Shown: piece by piece, positions 25,568-27,877 of the stretch | Numbering within the stretch: the first letter of the stretch is position 1 | Layout: every line of letters begins with the position of its first letter | DNA from: Vulcanisaeta sp. | GTDB taxonomy: Archaea; Thermoproteota; Thermoprotei; Thermoproteales; Thermocladiaceae | DNA: 27,877 nucleotides | Assembly: GCA_022014875.1 (NCBI GenBank) | Contig: JAKMAE010000005.1 | Span: 1-27,877 of the forward strand | Direction: 5' to 3' | Notes under the pieces: generated by a model | What the model was told of the DNA's origin: nothing | Database searches by the model: none | The model's input: the letters and a program-made list of their open reading frames with translations, nothing else | Made by a program: the position numbers and the translations under genes

Positions 25568-26734
25568 ATGGCAGGCATGGATATCGTTACACAGGAGGAG
25601 TTAAATAATGTGCTGGCAAAATTAGCCAGTATACTACCTCCAAGGATTATTGACGAATTAAGGAACAAATTAGCCAATAAAACACTGACTAGGGAGCAAT
25701 TAACCGAATTGGTTAAGACCATAGTGAACGAGTACTATAAGGCACTTATTGACCCAGGGGAGGCCATAGGCATAGTCACTGCGCAATCTGTCGGTGAGCC
25801 GAGCACACAGATGATACTTAGGTCATTCCACTTCGCAGGACTTAGGGAATTCTCAATGGCCCTTGGCCTACCTAGAATGATAGAGATTGTGGATGCGAGG
25901 AGGAAGCCATCAGTCCCAATAATGACCGTGTACCTAGACGAGGATCATAGGCACGACCCAAACAAGGCCAGGGAGATAGCCTATAAAATCCAATTGACAA
26001 CGATCGAGAATGTTGCGAAAAGCGTCGAGATTGATTACGTAAATTCACAAATAACGATAGAGATAGATGAGGAGGAACTAGGGCAAAGGGGTCTTAGTAT
26101 GGAGGATGTTAGGAAAGTTATGGAGAAGATCAAGGGCAAGGGTGCTCACGTTGAGGTTGAGGGCAACATAATTAGGGTTACGCTTGAGAACGCTGACGTG
26201 ATTAAATTAAGGAAGGTTAGGGACAAGATAATGCAGACGAGATTGGCTGGGATTAAGAATGTTAAGAAAACCCTCGTTAGGTATAAGGATGGTGAGTGGA
26301 TAATAGAGACTGAGGGTACGAACCTCGAGGCAGTGCTTACGTTGGAGGGCGTCGATTACAGGAGAACGATATCCAATGACCTACATGAGGTGGCTGAGGT
26401 GCTCGGCATAGAGGCTGCCAGGACAGTTATAATGAGGGAGCTGAAGAAGGTGCTTGATCAGCAAGGTCTCGATACGGACATAAGGCATTTAATGCTCATC
26501 GCCGATGTGATGACGTGGACCGGGAGGGTTAGGCAGGTCGGTAGGCACGGTGTTGTTGGTGAGAAGGAGAGCCCATTGGCTAGGGCTGCCTTTGAGGTAA
26601 CGGTTAAGAACCTGGTTGAGGCATCGATTAGGGGGGAGGTTGAGCAGTTCAGGGGCGTTGTCGAAAGCGTCATTGCCGGTAAGTACATACCAATAGGTAC
26701 CGGTATTGTGCAGTTGATGATGGAGTTCGAGTAA
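25568..26734 (+). CDS. rpoA2: DNA-directed RNA polymerase subunit A'' (Rpb1 C-terminal part)
   Basis: It follows rpoA1 with a 5-nt gap after the TGA stop. GEAIGIVTAQSVGEPSTQM (trigger-loop region) is present. I use ATG 25568; the ORF track uses GTG 25556. Confidence 0.95.
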   Translation: MAGMDIVTQEELNNVLAKLASILPPRIIDELRNKLANKTLTREQLTELVKTIVNEYYKALIDPGEAIGIVTAQSVGEPSTQMILRSFHFAGLREFSMALGLPRMIEIVDARRKPSVPIMTVYLDEDHRHDPNKAREIAYKIQLTTIENVAKSVEIDYVNSQITIEIDEEELGQRGLSMEDVRKVMEKIKGKGAHVEVEGNIIRVTLENADVIKLRKVRDKIMQTRLAGIKNVKKTLVRYKDGEWIIETEGTNLEAVLTLEGVDYRRTISNDLHEVAEVLGIEAARTVIMRELKKVLDQQGLDTDIRHLMLIADVMTWTGRVRQVGRHGVVGEKESPLARAAFEVTVKNLVEASIRGEVEQFRGVVESVIAGKYIPIGTGIVQLMMEFE

Positions 26735-26762
26735 TGTATTATCGAGGTCTACACCAGCATTA

Positions 26763-26773
26763 GGTTTAAATAC
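26763..26773 (+). promoter_or_regulatory. TATA box ahead of L30e (internal promoter)
   Basis: ggtttaaatac, centred 28 nt upstream of ATG 26796. Confidence 0.45.
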
Positions 26774-26795
26774 TGTTTCTTCAGGGCTGTCTTGA

Positions 26796-27110
26796 ATGAT
26801 CGATATATCACGTGAACTCCAGGTCGCGATGAATACGGGTAAGGTAACACTTGGTTACAAAGAGTCGCTAAGGGCGATAATAAACGGCTCCGCAAAACTG
26901 GTGATACTCGCCTCAAACGCACCAGCGCATATAGCTAGCACGGTTCAGTACTATGCCAAAATAGCGAATATACCAGTCTATGTATTTCAGGGAACGAGTT
27001 GGGACCTTGGCGCGGCTGTTAGGAAGCCCTTTAAGGTTTCGACAATAGCAGTAATAGATCCAGGGGAAAGCAATATATTAGCTCTTGCTGGTCAACAAAG
27101 CGGTGGGTGA
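26796..27110 (+). CDS. rpl30e: 50S ribosomal protein L30e
   Basis: TGKVTLGYKESLRAI..GSAKLVILASNAP...YYAKIANIPVYVFQGTS.DLGAA..KPF.VS..AVIDPG is the L30e/L7Ae-fold pattern. The gene sits in its canonical position between rpoA2 and nusA. Confidence 0.9.
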   Translation: MIDISRELQVAMNTGKVTLGYKESLRAIINGSAKLVILASNAPAHIASTVQYYAKIANIPVYVFQGTSWDLGAAVRKPFKVSTIAVIDPGESNILALAGQQSGG

Positions 27111-27115
27111 TCATA

Positions 27116-27568
27116 ATGCCCAGCATTAGATTGACGGAGGAGGAGATACGTTATGTAGCGCTTTTCGAGAAAATAACCGGCATAACACCTAGGGACACGG
27201 TAATTGATGATCAATATAATAGAATAATCTTCGTGGTTGATAAGAACTTTGCACCGCTGGCGGTTGGTAAGAACGGTGTCAATATTAGGAAACTGAAGGA
27301 ATTAATAGGCAAGGATGTCGAGGTAGTAGAGTACGGGGAGACGCCTGAGGAGTTGATAAAGAATAGTCTATACCCAGCTAGGGTCATTTCCGTCAAAATA
27401 ACGAAGTTGCCAAACAACGGAAGTGTCGCCATAGCCATGGTACATAGCGAAGATAAGGCAATAGCCATTGGCAAGCAGGGGAGGAACATAAACAGGGCTA
27501 GGCTACTTGCGAAGCGGTACTTCGATATTGATAAAATAAAAATCATATCGCCGGCAGAGGGCCAGTAA
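27116..27568 (+). CDS. nusA: Archaeal NusA-like transcription factor (two KH domains)
   Basis: Two KH-type GxxG motifs (VGKNGVNIRKL and IGKQGRNINRA). Canonical position. An SD GGTGATC (27104-27110) precedes ATG 27116. The ORF track uses GTG 27107. Confidence 0.85.
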   Translation: MPSIRLTEEEIRYVALFEKITGITPRDTVIDDQYNRIIFVVDKNFAPLAVGKNGVNIRKLKELIGKDVEVVEYGETPEELIKNSLYPARVISVKITKLPNNGSVAIAMVHSEDKAIAIGKQGRNINRARLLAKRYFDIDKIKIISPAEGQ

Positions 27569-27576
27569 AGTGAGGA

Positions 27577-27588
27577 AAAGTAAATAAG
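27577..27588 (+). promoter_or_regulatory. TATA-like box ahead of S12
   Basis: aaaagtaaataa, centred 28 nt upstream of ATG 27611. Confidence 0.35.
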
Positions 27589-27610
27589 CCCTTAAACCAA
27601 CGTGATCGCA

Positions 27611-27877
27611 ATGCCAGGTAAAAAATCGCCACTCGGCCTATTCGCAGCGAGGGGACTGAGGGAGAAGAGGAAGAAGTTTAGGTGGAGCGACATATATTAC
27701 AAAAGGAGGGTATTGGGTATAGCGAAGAAGTACGACCCATTAGAGGGCGCACCGATGGCTAGAGGCATAGTACTGGAGAAGGTAGGTGTGGAGGCAAGAA
27801 AACCAAACGCAGCCGTGCGGAAATGCGTGAGGGTCCAAATTACGAAGAATGGAAAGGTGGTTACAGCGTTCGTTCCG
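27611..27877 (+). CDS. rps12: 30S ribosomal protein S12 (uS12), 5' part, runs off the window
   Basis: Absent from the ORF track because no stop is reached. My own translation is [76 protein letters not shown], the archaeal S12 consensus. Confidence 0.9.
   Translation, partial: MPGKKSPLGLFAARGLREKRKKFRWSDIYYKRRVLGIAKKYDPLEGAPMARGIVLEKVGVEARKPNAAVRKCVRVQITKNGKVVTAFVP

Overview
This is a gene-dense chromosomal window, about 45% GC, from a crenarchaeon. It looks like Thermoproteales (Caldivirga/Vulcanisaeta/Pyrobaculum type), judged only from gene content: an unsplit rpoB, crenactin, and leaderless promoters. All calls come from reading the translated ORFs and DNA by eye against motifs recalled from memory. 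No database search was run.

Layout, left to right:
- 3-1341: an unidentified ORF fragment and a multi-pass membrane protein.
- 1329-2835, minus strand: a DUF99/UPF0215 protein and a DapA/KD(P)G-aldolase-family enzyme.
- 2888-7920, minus strand: a complete five-gene 'arcade' actin-cytoskeleton cluster. The order is arcadin-1, crenactin, arcadin-2, a small arcadin-3-position ORF, and a large Rad50/SMC-like arcadin-4.
- 7993-9797: a cyclophilin-like protein, Alba, and a small Ras-superfamily GTPase with a Roadblock/LC7 partner (MglA/MglB-like pair).
- 9921-13535: an unknown 114-aa protein, rpoK, thermosome, archaeal signal peptidase I and an Ard1-type N-acetyltransferase.
- 13565-13831, minus strand: an ORF-free spacer that I read as three tandem C/D-box sRNA genes.
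- 13895-18945: apgM, cutA, a YchF-like GTPase and argS.
- 19050-27877: the classical rpoH-rpoB-rpoA1-rpoA2-L30e-nusA-S12 cluster.

I saw no CRISPR array, tRNA, rRNA or mobile element.

Items most worth a second look:
- The arcade cluster. It was described in 2011 but its mechanism is still largely unexplored. Here its Rad50-like member has a CxxC zinc hook and a Gln in place of the switch His.
- The GTPase/Roadblock pair, which sits about 0.8 kb from the arcade cluster.
- The sRNA triplet.
- An unexplained 215-nt spacer that carries a perfect 16-nt palindrome.
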